64,000 bases of DNA from Candidatus Bathyarchaeia archaeon (GTDB lineage: Archaea; Thermoproteota; Bathyarchaeia; 40CM-2-53-6): NCBI GenBank assembly GCA_050013255.1, contig JBEKFP010000001.1, forward strand, positions 160,001 through 224,000. Direction: 5' to 3'. Below, piece after piece: positions 20,075-27,865 of this stretch. How positions within the stretch are numbered: the first letter of the stretch is position 1; the number at the start of each line of letters is the position of its first letter. The position numbers and the translations under genes are program-made. The notes under the pieces are model-generated. The model made no database searches and had not been told where the DNA came from. It saw only the letters and a program-made list of their open reading frames with translations.

Positions 20075-20274
20075 GAAAGAAACACGATTCTTCACGCGTG
20101 CGGTTCGGAGCTATTAAAACTTGCCCCGTGGGCCTAACACGGCTTGATAGATGCACGTTTTGGATTCTCTGGCTTACATTGAGCGAAACTAACCCTTTTA
20201 TTGTAAAAAACGCCTCGCTTCAACATGCGAAACTCACACATTACAAGTATGAAACCGGAGGGCAGAGAGCCGCC

Positions 20275-21045
20275 TTGAGCTACGCAGACGCCCACCTACA
20301 TTTGGCGGACCCTGGCTTTGCCGGCCGCACAGAACAGGCCATTGATGATGCGACCAAGAACAAGGTGATGCGCCTTCTCTCAAACTCGGTGGATTATGAG
20401 ACGTCAACCCAAACCATAGCCTTAGCGAAACGATACTCCCCGAGGGTTCTCGCGGCCATAGGAGTTCACCCTTCGACGGTCATGAACACAAAAGACCAAC
20501 GTCTGGACGAGTTTCAGAAGCTAGTTGAGGAAAATGCAGGGTACGTTGCCGCAATCGGAGAGGTAGGTCTTGACGGAAAGTATACGCAAGACGAGCAGGT
20601 TAGAAAACGCCAGTTGGAAGTTTTCAGGTTCTTCCTTGGCCTGGCCGAGCGTAGAGGGCTACCAGTCGTAGTCCACTCGAGGATGGCAGTTGATGAAGTG
20701 CTACGAACCTTGCAAGACTTCCGTCTCCCCAAAGTCTTGTTACATTGGTATGATGGGCCGTTAGACAAACTTGAGGTGATTAGAGATAGAGGTTACCTGA
20801 TCTCGATCGGGCCAGCAGTATTCTACTCTCGGGCAATAAGCCAAGTTGCAGCTAACGTAGCATTGGACATGATATCGAGCGAAACCGATGGCCCCGTAAA
20901 ATACCACGGACCTTTCGAAGGCCGGCTCACGCAACCTTCTTTCGTAATAGAAGTGGTACAGAAATTAGCTGAGATTAAGGGCCTCCACATTGACGCAGTG
21001 CGAGAAGCGGTCTGGAGCAATTTCCAAAAACTCATTCCGCAATAG
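20275..21045 (+). CDS. tatD: TatD-family DNase
   Basis: DAHLH, GVHP, IGEVGLD, VHSR, HWY, ETDGP; TTG start at 20275. Confidence 0.9.
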   Translation: MSYADAHLHLADPGFAGRTEQAIDDATKNKVMRLLSNSVDYETSTQTIALAKRYSPRVLAAIGVHPSTVMNTKDQRLDEFQKLVEENAGYVAAIGEVGLDGKYTQDEQVRKRQLEVFRFFLGLAERRGLPVVVHSRMAVDEVLRTLQDFRLPKVLLHWYDGPLDKLEVIRDRGYLISIGPAVFYSRAISQVAANVALDMISSETDGPVKYHGPFEGRLTQPSFVIEVVQKLAEIKGLHIDAVREAVWSNFQKLIPQ

Positions 21046-21067
21046 GACTGTACAGTTCCCGCATTAG

Positions 21068-21105
21068 GGATCTGCCAAACTATCTCTCGTATTCTTGGCA
21101 GAATC
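21068..21105. mobile_element. 38-bp mini-element (ends only)
   Basis: GGATCTGCCAA...TTGGCAGAATC inverted ends between identical CGCATTAG copies. Confidence 0.7.
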
Positions 21106-21151
21106 CGCATTAGGGCTCTGTAAAGTCTGCATCGGTTATTGCACTTTGAAT

Positions 21152-21292
21152 ATGGCTATGAAGAAAATGATGATATCCGTATCCGACGACATGCTCAAAG
21201 CACTAGAAGCAGAACGCAAGGCACGAAAGTTAGAGACAGTACCAGAAGCCGTAAGAGCCGTGCTTGGAGAATACTTCAAGACGAAGCAATAA
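21152..21292 (+). CDS. Ribbon-helix-helix (CopG-like) protein, 46 aa
   Basis: MKKMMISVSDDMLKALE...VPEAVRAVL. Confidence 0.75.
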   Translation: MAMKKMMISVSDDMLKALEAERKARKLETVPEAVRAVLGEYFKTKQ

Positions 21293-21298
21293 GAGGGG

Positions 21299-22090
21299 TT
21301 AAGGACGGTCAGAAGAAGCCGATTCTTAGCACTTGCCATTATCTTTTGGCTAGCGTCAATAGGCTCCTTAGTAGTGGGAGCAGGGACGAACCCTGACCTC
21401 ATCTCTGGAGTCTCTTCGTTCTTGGTACGTGTGGGTTGGAGCAAACCTCCACTCATACCACTTGTTGAGTACTCTTCATCGATACAATTCACGCTTCCTC
21501 CATCGGTTCCCACTACTCCCATAGAGCCAGTAACCATGAAAGTTACACTGAGAGGAGAGGCTATTGTGGACAACGCGCCATTGACGATGATTGTAGACGC
21601 TCCAATCTCGGTCTTTGCAAAAGGAAATTGGACAATTGGCCCGACGATGGTAACTCCTGATAATGCACGCCCAGTTTCGTCTGGTATGCCTTCAACGCAA
21701 TTGAACTTGCGCTGGTGGACCACTGATGAATATGGTACCGAAATGTGGAATGGAACTGAGACATTCGAACTCACAACCTTTGGGGTCTTTGGTGTCACTA
21801 TTGGGATGTACATTGACCCTAGTCCACCAATGCGAGACTTTGAGAGTAGGACGGGTAAGTATGTAGGGTATGGTGGATACCTAACCATACACAACTCAAC
21901 AAAAATTATCGTTAATTCATCGGAAGTTAATGCCGCCGAACTAAGTGCGGAAAGAGCGATAGCGACAGGAAATAGTTTAGCATGGTTCATCATTTTCTTT
22001 GCCTCGCTTGATATTGGGTTTAGATTTTACGATTACAGTTCTGATGAAAAGGAGAATCATAGATGCGAACGCGAACCCGAAGAACCCTAA
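21299..22090 (+). CDS. Secreted/membrane-anchored hypothetical protein, start codon apparently lost
   Basis: Signal-peptide-like LRTVRRSRFLALAIIFWLASIGSLVVG lies in frame upstream of the called GTG (21374) but begins with TTA; C-terminal TM. Confidence 0.55.
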   Translation, partial: LRTVRRSRFLALAIIFWLASIGSLVVGAGTNPDLISGVSSFLVRVGWSKPPLIPLVEYSSSIQFTLPPSVPTTPIEPVTMKVTLRGEAIVDNAPLTMIVDAPISVFAKGNWTIGPTMVTPDNARPVSSGMPSTQLNLRWWTTDEYGTEMWNGTETFELTTFGVFGVTIGMYIDPSPPMRDFESRTGKYVGYGGYLTIHNSTKIIVNSSEVNAAELSAERAIATGNSLAWFIIFFASLDIGFRFYDYSSDEKENHRCEREPEEP

Positions 22091-22276
22091 GAATAAGCCA
22101 CCGCATGCCAGTTCGAGCCAAACATGAGACTGAAGGAATTCCTCGTTCATACTAAGGAATCCCATTATGATAAGAGTCCAGATAATACCGCTTAAGGGCA
22201 CGAAAAACCCGAATATCACCCAGTCTTCGTCACTTATGCTCACTATACGCGCCCTGATTTGAGAGAGGCGAACCAT
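21977..22276 (-). CDS. Small membrane hypothetical protein
   Basis: Two hydrophobic segments; overlaps the 3' end of the opposite ORF. Confidence 0.45.
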   Translation of the reverse strand: MVRLSQIRARIVSISDEDWVIFGFFVPLSGIIWTLIIMGFLSMNEEFLQSHVWLELACGGLFLGFFGFAFASMILLFIRTVIVKSKPNIKRGKENDEPC

Positions 22277-22423
22277 CTCTCAGTTCGCCACGTAACCGAC
22301 GGTTCTTGACAACGGTAAAAATTGGAAGCGTCGGAACCAACCGCCGCCAACTTGACAGCGTCCGCATCAGGGTTCTGTCAAAAGTACGGGAGATAAATTC
22401 GCCTGTAAAGTCGCGGGAGATGC

Positions 22424-22744
22424 CTAACTTGATTTCCGCAATTTTTCAGTGATTATTCTAACGATTTCTCCCTTATCGAGTTGAACTTCCGTTCTTTCCA
22501 CGGTGATTTTAGCTCGATTATCTGTTTTCAATTTGTCGTACAACCAATTGGTGAATAGACCAATCGCCACTTGGCTGGATATAGTCAAGATGACTTGCGT
22601 TATCAGTAGTGCTTCTTCACTGTCCGCCCCTGAACTTAGCCCAAATCGGGCACTAACTGTTCCGCTAAAGATTTTCTTGTCATTAATTTCGCTGTAGATT
22701 TCTGAGGCTAATTTGAAGTCATGCGTTACCAAAACGATTTCCAT
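22424..22744 (-). CDS. Cargo hypothetical protein (resembles effector-associated EACC1-like small domain)
   Basis: 106 aa with hydrophobic helix VAIGLFTNWLYDKLK then KITV; family resemblance is from memory only. Confidence 0.6.
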   Translation of the reverse strand: MEIVLVTHDFKLASEIYSEINDKKIFSGTVSARFGLSSGADSEEALLITQVILTISSQVAIGLFTNWLYDKLKTDNRAKITVERTEVQLDKGEIVRIITEKLRKSS

Positions 22745-22850
22745 AAAAGGAGAACTCTAACCTATCCTCTTATGACTTGCGTTCTGGGGTAACGCGTCGT
22801 TGTTGTTTGGTATGGGAAGGCGCGGCAAAGCGTTTGGTGGGGTTTTGAGG

Positions 22851-23297
22851 CTACTTTTCGAGAGTTGGTTTGTATCCCAGAATGTCAGGTTTGAACAAGC
22901 CTGATAGAAGGTTCCAGAAGGATAGGTATTGATGGCGAATCTTGTCATAGTCAGCTCTTATGATTCTTACGAAGTCATCCTGCCGATTTCCCACGAAGGC
23001 ATCCTCTGATGGTTTGGTCGCCAAAATATATCCGACATAGAAGTGGTGAAGGTTACGACTCATGAGATAATTCTTCTGATGAAGTAATTCGAGTAAGTCA
23101 TGATAATCCTGTTCCCCATGTTTCGGAAAGTGCTCTCTATCACTAAACCACGCATAGCGAAGAAGCGGAGAATACAGGCCGTCTAGCCGTTTCTCAATCG
23201 TCCTATGTCTTTGATTTAACGCTCCGACAAGGAGCGCGAACACGGCCACTATTAGAGCGGTAAGAATAGGGATTACTGTGCTAACGTTTTGGTCCAT
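22851..23297 (-). CDS. Cargo protein with N-terminal TM helix
   Basis: VIPILTALIVAVFALLVGAL followed by a soluble domain. Confidence 0.65.
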   Translation of the reverse strand: MDQNVSTVIPILTALIVAVFALLVGALNQRHRTIEKRLDGLYSPLLRYAWFSDREHFPKHGEQDYHDLLELLHQKNYLMSRNLHHFYVGYILATKPSEDAFVGNRQDDFVRIIRADYDKIRHQYLSFWNLLSGLFKPDILGYKPTLEK

Positions 23298-24429
23298 TTT
23301 GCTTCGAGGCATTCTGTATGATGGTCAGCCATTTGTCTTGCCCTTTGACCTCGATTCCCGCAACTTCTGAGGGTGTTTTCCCGTCTAGGGCTTCGTGTGG
23401 ACGAATGTAGTTATGGTAGATTTGTAGCCCTGTTAGGATTGGGCCGTCTGGTTTCTTGAGGTTTCTAGTTACTCTCTCGCGGTCGCGGATTTCTCCGTTC
23501 ATGCGTTCCATCTTGTTATTGTTGTGCTGTCCTGCCAAAGTGATTTGTCGAATGTGTACGGTGCTGTCGGATAGCTTGTTGGTTCGGAACTCTTTGAGCC
23601 ATGCATCGTGGTAAGAGCGTAGTCCGTCTGTGATTAGGATTTGCGGTTTCTTTCCTGCTCTATCCTTTGCCATTTGGAACAAGTGCCGTGCGTCATGTGT
23701 ATCTTTCGTGTCTGCTACTTCTTGTGCTATCCAGAATCTTGTCTCGTCGTCCATCATAGCGAAAACGTACTTCATGTTCCCGTGAAACTTCATGTAGAGC
23801 TCATCAGCCCGCCAAGTATCCGAAACTTGTGGCGTTATCTTGTCTAGGTACTTCTCCATCAGAGCCGTGTATCGCTTAATCCAGTTGTAGATTGTCTGGT
23901 GAGATACTTCCACGCCTTGAAGTCGCAAGAACTTCTTCGTGTTCCGTAGGCTCTCACCTGTGAAGTAGAGTTGAAGTGCGCTTGTCACGATTTGTGGTGT
24001 GGCTTTCAATCGCTCGAAACCTAGGTTCCTCACGAAGCGTTTTCCACAATTTTTGCATGTGAAGCGTTGAATGTCTCCGTTCTTGTTGTGTCGTAACCCA
24101 TCTCGAACTAATGTTTGCGAATCGCAGTAGAGGCATTTTGTTATGTCGAGAGGTCTGATTACTACTTGGTTGCTGACTTCGGCTCGTAATGCTTGCGAGA
24201 ATTCGACAGCCCAAATATGCTTACACTTAACCTCACGATAGATATGGTCGGGGCAACTGCAACGCCAAGCACGAAGATGATTATCCTTAACGACGGTGTA
24301 GAGGCCGTGTCCCGCTTGAGATTTGACCTGATAGGTTCCGTCGTCTAGCCGTGCGATTTGGCCTTCTAGCTTACAAATTTGTTGACCTCGCATTACTCGG
24401 CCTTCATCTATTTCACGTCTGAACGGCAT
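23281..24429 (-). CDS. IS6/IS240-type DDE transposase with N-terminal SWIM Zn finger and IS1-like Zn ribbon
   Basis: SWIM CSCPD..CKH; CLYC..CKNC; HTH VSHQTIYNW; WRADE, ITDG, NNKMERMN; likely start ATG 24429. Confidence 0.92.
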   Translation of the reverse strand: MPFRREIDEGRVMRGQQICKLEGQIARLDDGTYQVKSQAGHGLYTVVKDNHLRAWRCSCPDHIYREVKCKHIWAVEFSQALRAEVSNQVVIRPLDITKCLYCDSQTLVRDGLRHNKNGDIQRFTCKNCGKRFVRNLGFERLKATPQIVTSALQLYFTGESLRNTKKFLRLQGVEVSHQTIYNWIKRYTALMEKYLDKITPQVSDTWRADELYMKFHGNMKYVFAMMDDETRFWIAQEVADTKDTHDARHLFQMAKDRAGKKPQILITDGLRSYHDAWLKEFRTNKLSDSTVHIRQITLAGQHNNNKMERMNGEIRDRERVTRNLKKPDGPILTGLQIYHNYIRPHEALDGKTPSEVAGIEVKGQDKWLTIIQNASKQNGPKR

Positions 24430-24439
24430 CTCAATCCCT

Positions 24440-24493
24440 GCCACAATATTGTGGCGTAACCCAAATATAAGCCTTGCCACTATATTGTGGCAA
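24440..24493. promoter_or_regulatory. Twin palindromic operators flanking a TATA-like element
   Basis: GCCACAATATTGTGGC (24440-55, perfect) and TTGCCACTATATTGTGGCAA (24474-93) around AAATATAA. Confidence 0.75.
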
Positions 24494-24690
24494 TGGTGAT
24501 AAGAACGGTAAGAAAAGAAATTCTCGGTCAATCCGAACGTAGGATACTCGAAGCTTACCTGAAAGGCGAACGACTCAAAGGGTACAATACACTTCTATGG
24601 CGAATCCGTACTATCGGTCTTAGAGCAATCATAGAAGGTTGTGAGAAAGACATAGCACTGCTAAGGAAACTCGCACAAAAACTATCCTAA
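24493..24690 (+). CDS. Small basic protein divergent from the transposase (candidate regulator)
   Basis: 65 aa, helical and basic; start overlaps the second operator. Confidence 0.65.
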   Translation: MVIRTVRKEILGQSERRILEAYLKGERLKGYNTLLWRIRTIGLRAIIEGCEKDIALLRKLAQKLS

Positions 24691-24960
24691 ATGCAAAACG
24701 ACGACTAAGATTAGTAACCCCAAGTAAAGCAAGGGAAGGATAAGCAAAACCGCTACAAGTGCTACCTGCTTCCAACTCTCTCCTTCCCCTAGAATGAACC
24801 ACGCACCAGCAATAAATGGGGGGATTGTCAGAACAACAAGAATTGTCTCTTCTACAGACAATCGAAAGAACCCTACGTCGAAGGTGAAGAACCAGAACAG
24901 GTATGCATAGAGAGCGAGCAACACCATTACTGGTATAGATTGAAGTACGCCTTTGGCCAC
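24682..24960 (-). CDS. Cargo 3-TM membrane protein
   Basis: Highly hydrophobic 92 aa. Confidence 0.6.
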   Translation of the reverse strand: MAKGVLQSIPVMVLLALYAYLFWFFTFDVGFFRLSVEETILVVLTIPPFIAGAWFILGEGESWKQVALVAVLLILPLLYLGLLILVVVLHLG

Positions 24961-25446
24961 CTAGTTCCCCTCACGGTCAACTAATAGAATTAGCTGGGCA
25001 TTGTAGCCTACTGCAATCAGAAAACCGAACAATGCCACGGCGAATAATATCCCTTCCCAACCCGAAGTATTTTGCGGAGATATGATGCCGTTGTCTATGC
25101 TTAGTCTAATGAGGATGGAACCTAGAAAGACCAAGCCTGCGAAGAGGTAGAATTGAAATGCTAAATCTAGCCGTTTGGCGGGTTCTAAAGCGGTTACGCG
25201 ATAGTCGGACATGCTGAAGATTTGGTTCTCTATTGTACGAATTTGTCTTGAACTGGCTCGTTTTAGCAGTTTTCTAACTTTCGCTCTACCTGTTCTGATT
25301 CGTTTTTCCTTAATCTTCCTAAGATTTGCTGAATACCTATGATGGACATCAAAACCGAGTCCCAAACTTAATGCCATCAGTGTAAGCGATACCCACCATA
25401 GCTCAGCGGCCATCGAGAAATCAGGAAAAGGAATCATCGATTGCAT
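24961..25446 (-). CDS. Cargo 3-TM membrane protein with basic loop
   Basis: 161 aa; abuts the downstream ORF. Confidence 0.65.
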   Translation of the reverse strand: MQSMIPFPDFSMAAELWWVSLTLMALSLGLGFDVHHRYSANLRKIKEKRIRTGRAKVRKLLKRASSRQIRTIENQIFSMSDYRVTALEPAKRLDLAFQFYLFAGLVFLGSILIRLSIDNGIISPQNTSGWEGILFAVALFGFLIAVGYNAQLILLVDREGN

Positions 25447-25570
25447 ATTTGTTGTTTGCTATCTCCCGAACTTGACACAAGAAAAATCTCCCGCTCGTTT
25501 GACAGAACCCGCATCAGCAAAGTTTATGTTGAGTGCGCTTTGCTCTTGGTTCGATTCAGAGCTGTTAGGT

Positions 25571-25822
25571 TTGGGGAAAGTTCGCACTGATACAGTGAAG
25601 CGAGTTTCTAGGGAGGTACTTAGAAGATTCCCCGAACGTTTCGCTGGAGACTGGGAATCCGACAAGCAGGCCGTTAGTGACTTGGTGTCTACGCAGTCTA
25701 AACGCTTGCGTAACAGGATAGCAGGGTACGTGACAAGGCTGAAGGTTGTCGAAGCGGAACGCGCGGCCGCCACTGAGGTTGCCGCTGAGGCTCCCGAAGC
25801 AACGGAACCAGACGAAGAATGA
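25571..25822 (+). CDS. rps17e: 30S ribosomal protein S17e
   Basis: MGKVRT..VKR, SKRLRNRIAGYVTR; TTG start. Confidence 0.95.
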   Translation: MGKVRTDTVKRVSREVLRRFPERFAGDWESDKQAVSDLVSTQSKRLRNRIAGYVTRLKVVEAERAAATEVAAEAPEATEPDEE

Positions 25823-25957
25823 GGCAATAGCCTCATCCCCAATTCTATTTCCTTGCGGGAAACACTAAAAGGGCAGTCTATGCTCTCCCGAACGAAAATT
25901 CGAATTACCCCGCAATGGGCGCAGGAAACAAATTCCGCTGGATAAGGTTGAGACGTA

Positions 25958-27865
25958 TTGCACATCGTTGTCTGTGTTAAGCATGTTCCCGATGCCACGG
26001 ACATTCGTTTTGACCCAATTACGCTCAATCTGATCCGTGAAGGCGTCCCCTCGATAGTCAACCCCTTCTGCCTCAACGCCCTCGAAGAAGCGATTCGGCT
26101 GAAGGAGAAGTTTAGCGGCAAAATCACTGCGGTAGCAATGGGTCCGCTGCAAGCTCAGGAGGGCTTGCGAGAAGCCCTCGCCATGGGCGCCGATCGGGCG
26201 GTGATGGTCTCGGATCGGGAAATGGCGGGAGCAGATACCCTAGCGACGTCCTACACGCTTTGGAGGAGTATTGCAACGATAGCGCAGGCCGACCCGTTTG
26301 ACCTGATCCTAACTGGAAAGGTTGCAATCGATGGTGAAACAGGCCAAGTTCCACCCGGCCTCGCTGTGAGATTTAGCATTCCCATCATTTCGAACGTCAC
26401 GAAGATAGAGGAAGTCGACCTGAAATCACGAACCATAGTAGCAAAGCATAGGTTCGACGATGGCATTGAGATGGTCAAGGCGAGCCTCCCAGCTGTTCTG
26501 ACTATTACTGAAGAAGCAAACAAGCCGAGAAAATTCACGGTCGAAGGCATGCTAAACGCAAAGAGAACAAACATCGAAGTCTGGGACAAGAAAGCGATAA
26601 ACGCCGACTCAAATCTTCTAGGCCTCAAGGGTTCCCCGACAATCGTCAAGAAAGTATTTCCTCCCCCCGGAAGGAAACAGGGGGAAGTATTCGACGGGAA
26701 CACGGACCCGAAAGCCGCCGCAAAATGGCTGGTCCAAAACTTCATCCGAGTTCACGCACTCGGACCCCCACCACCAAAACCCGCCGAAACCGTGCCCGAG
26801 CTTCCAAAAGAGAGGGGAAAGGTTGAGAATTCCGGGAAGTACGGCGAGGTTTGGGTCTACGTTGAACACCTTCATGGAAAACCCTCCCAAGTTTCATGGG
26901 AACTTCTAGGCGAAGGAAAACGGCTCGCAGAGATCTACGGAACCAAACTCGGGGCAATAATCATCGGCCACAATGTTGGACACCTTGCGAAGGAGTCGTT
27001 TGTTCACGGCGCGGACAAGGCATATTTGGTCGAGGATGAGCGCCTCGAGAATTACCGGACGCAGCCTTACGCCGTTGCCATGGAGGAGGCCGTTAGGAAA
27101 TTCAAACCCGAAGCTCTCTTGGTCGGTGGAACGATTAGGGGCCGGGACCTAGCGGGCTCAGCAGCCACCTTCTTGGAGACCGGGCTTATTGCGGATTGCA
27201 CTGGGTTGGATGTGGATATGGAGACTGGCACTTTCATGGGCACGAGGCCCGATTACGGCGGCAACCTCATGTCCACTATAATCTGCCCCAAGGACAGGCC
27301 GACTATGGCCAGCGTCCGCCCCCGCGTTATGAAGAGCCTGCCCCCAGAGGAGGGAAGAGACGGGGAGATAATCAACGTGGACTTCTCGCTCAAACCTACC
27401 GACCTAAACACTGAATTGGTGGATTTCGTCCCGATCGAGAAGGTAGACGTTCGCCTGGAAGATGCTCAGGTTATCGTTTCCGGAGGAAGAGGGCTAGGAG
27501 TAGCCAAGAACTTCCAACTAATCGAGGAACTCGCGAAAACTCTCCAAGCACAAGTAGGTGCTTCTAGGGCGGCAGTGCGAGCCGGATGGATAAGCCCCGA
27601 ACACCAAGTTGGCCAAACAGGGTTTACGGTCAGGCCGCGCCTCTACGTCGCCGTTGGCATTTCCGGAGCGATTCAACACATTGTCGGTATCATGAACGTT
27701 GACTATATTGTTGCGATAAACCGAGATCCCGAGGCGCCCATCTTCAAGATGGCCGACTTCGGCATCGTTGGCGACCTCTTCAAAGTCGTCCCAGCCCTAA
27801 TTGATGAGCTCAAGAATGTTCACACAGCTGAGTTGGCGTCATGGCAGAGAAGTTCGACTCAGTAG
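25958..27865 (+). CDS. fixAB: Fused electron transfer flavoprotein beta-alpha (FixA-FixB)
   Basis: VCVKHVPD, GADTLATS, AIDGETGQV; Pro linker; RPDYGGN, SGGRG, QVGQTG, GISGAIQH. Confidence 0.93.
   Translation: MHIVVCVKHVPDATDIRFDPITLNLIREGVPSIVNPFCLNALEEAIRLKEKFSGKITAVAMGPLQAQEGLREALAMGADRAVMVSDREMAGADTLATSYTLWRSIATIAQADPFDLILTGKVAIDGETGQVPPGLAVRFSIPIISNVTKIEEVDLKSRTIVAKHRFDDGIEMVKASLPAVLTITEEANKPRKFTVEGMLNAKRTNIEVWDKKAINADSNLLGLKGSPTIVKKVFPPPGRKQGEVFDGNTDPKAAAKWLVQNFIRVHALGPPPPKPAETVPELPKERGKVENSGKYGEVWVYVEHLHGKPSQVSWELLGEGKRLAEIYGTKLGAIIIGHNVGHLAKESFVHGADKAYLVEDERLENYRTQPYAVAMEEAVRKFKPEALLVGGTIRGRDLAGSAATFLETGLIADCTGLDVDMETGTFMGTRPDYGGNLMSTIICPKDRPTMASVRPRVMKSLPPEEGRDGEIINVDFSLKPTDLNTELVDFVPIEKVDVRLEDAQVIVSGGRGLGVAKNFQLIEELAKTLQAQVGASRAAVRAGWISPEHQVGQTGFTVRPRLYVAVGISGAIQHIVGIMNVDYIVAINRDPEAPIFKMADFGIVGDLFKVVPALIDELKNVHTAELASWQRSSTQ

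Larger units (their letters stand above)
21114..22362. mobile_element. 1249-bp non-autonomous cargo unit with degenerate IS6-type ends
   Basis: Left GGCTCTGTAAAGT, right reverse complement GACGCTGTCAAGT; flanked by target copies; no transposase. Confidence 0.7.
22371..25509. mobile_element. Complete 3139-bp IS6-family cargo-carrying transposon
   Basis: 12-bp perfect terminal IR GGTTCTGTCAAA extending to ~50-bp imperfect IRs with duplicated CGGGAGAT; perfect 8-bp TSD CGCATCAG. Confidence 0.92.
21038..25517. mobile_element. Tandem array of four IS6-end-bounded units separated by five copies of an 8-bp target
   Basis: CGCAATAG 21038-45, CGCATTAG 21060-67, CGCATTAG 21106-13, CGCATCAG 22363-70, CGCATCAG 25510-17; the intervening units have inverted ends. 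Confidence 0.8.

Noticed and set aside
21038-21115. Short direct repeats CCGCA(A/T)TAGG as a mini-CRISPR
   Set aside because: Repeats are only ~10 bp, the intervening units are 14 and 38 bp with their own inverted ends, and no cas genes are present; target-site duplications explain them better.
21136-21993. 285-aa minus-strand ORF and other long antisense ORFs (10984-11706, 25459-26127, 26251-26745)
   Set aside because: Shadows of better-supported genes on the opposite strand.
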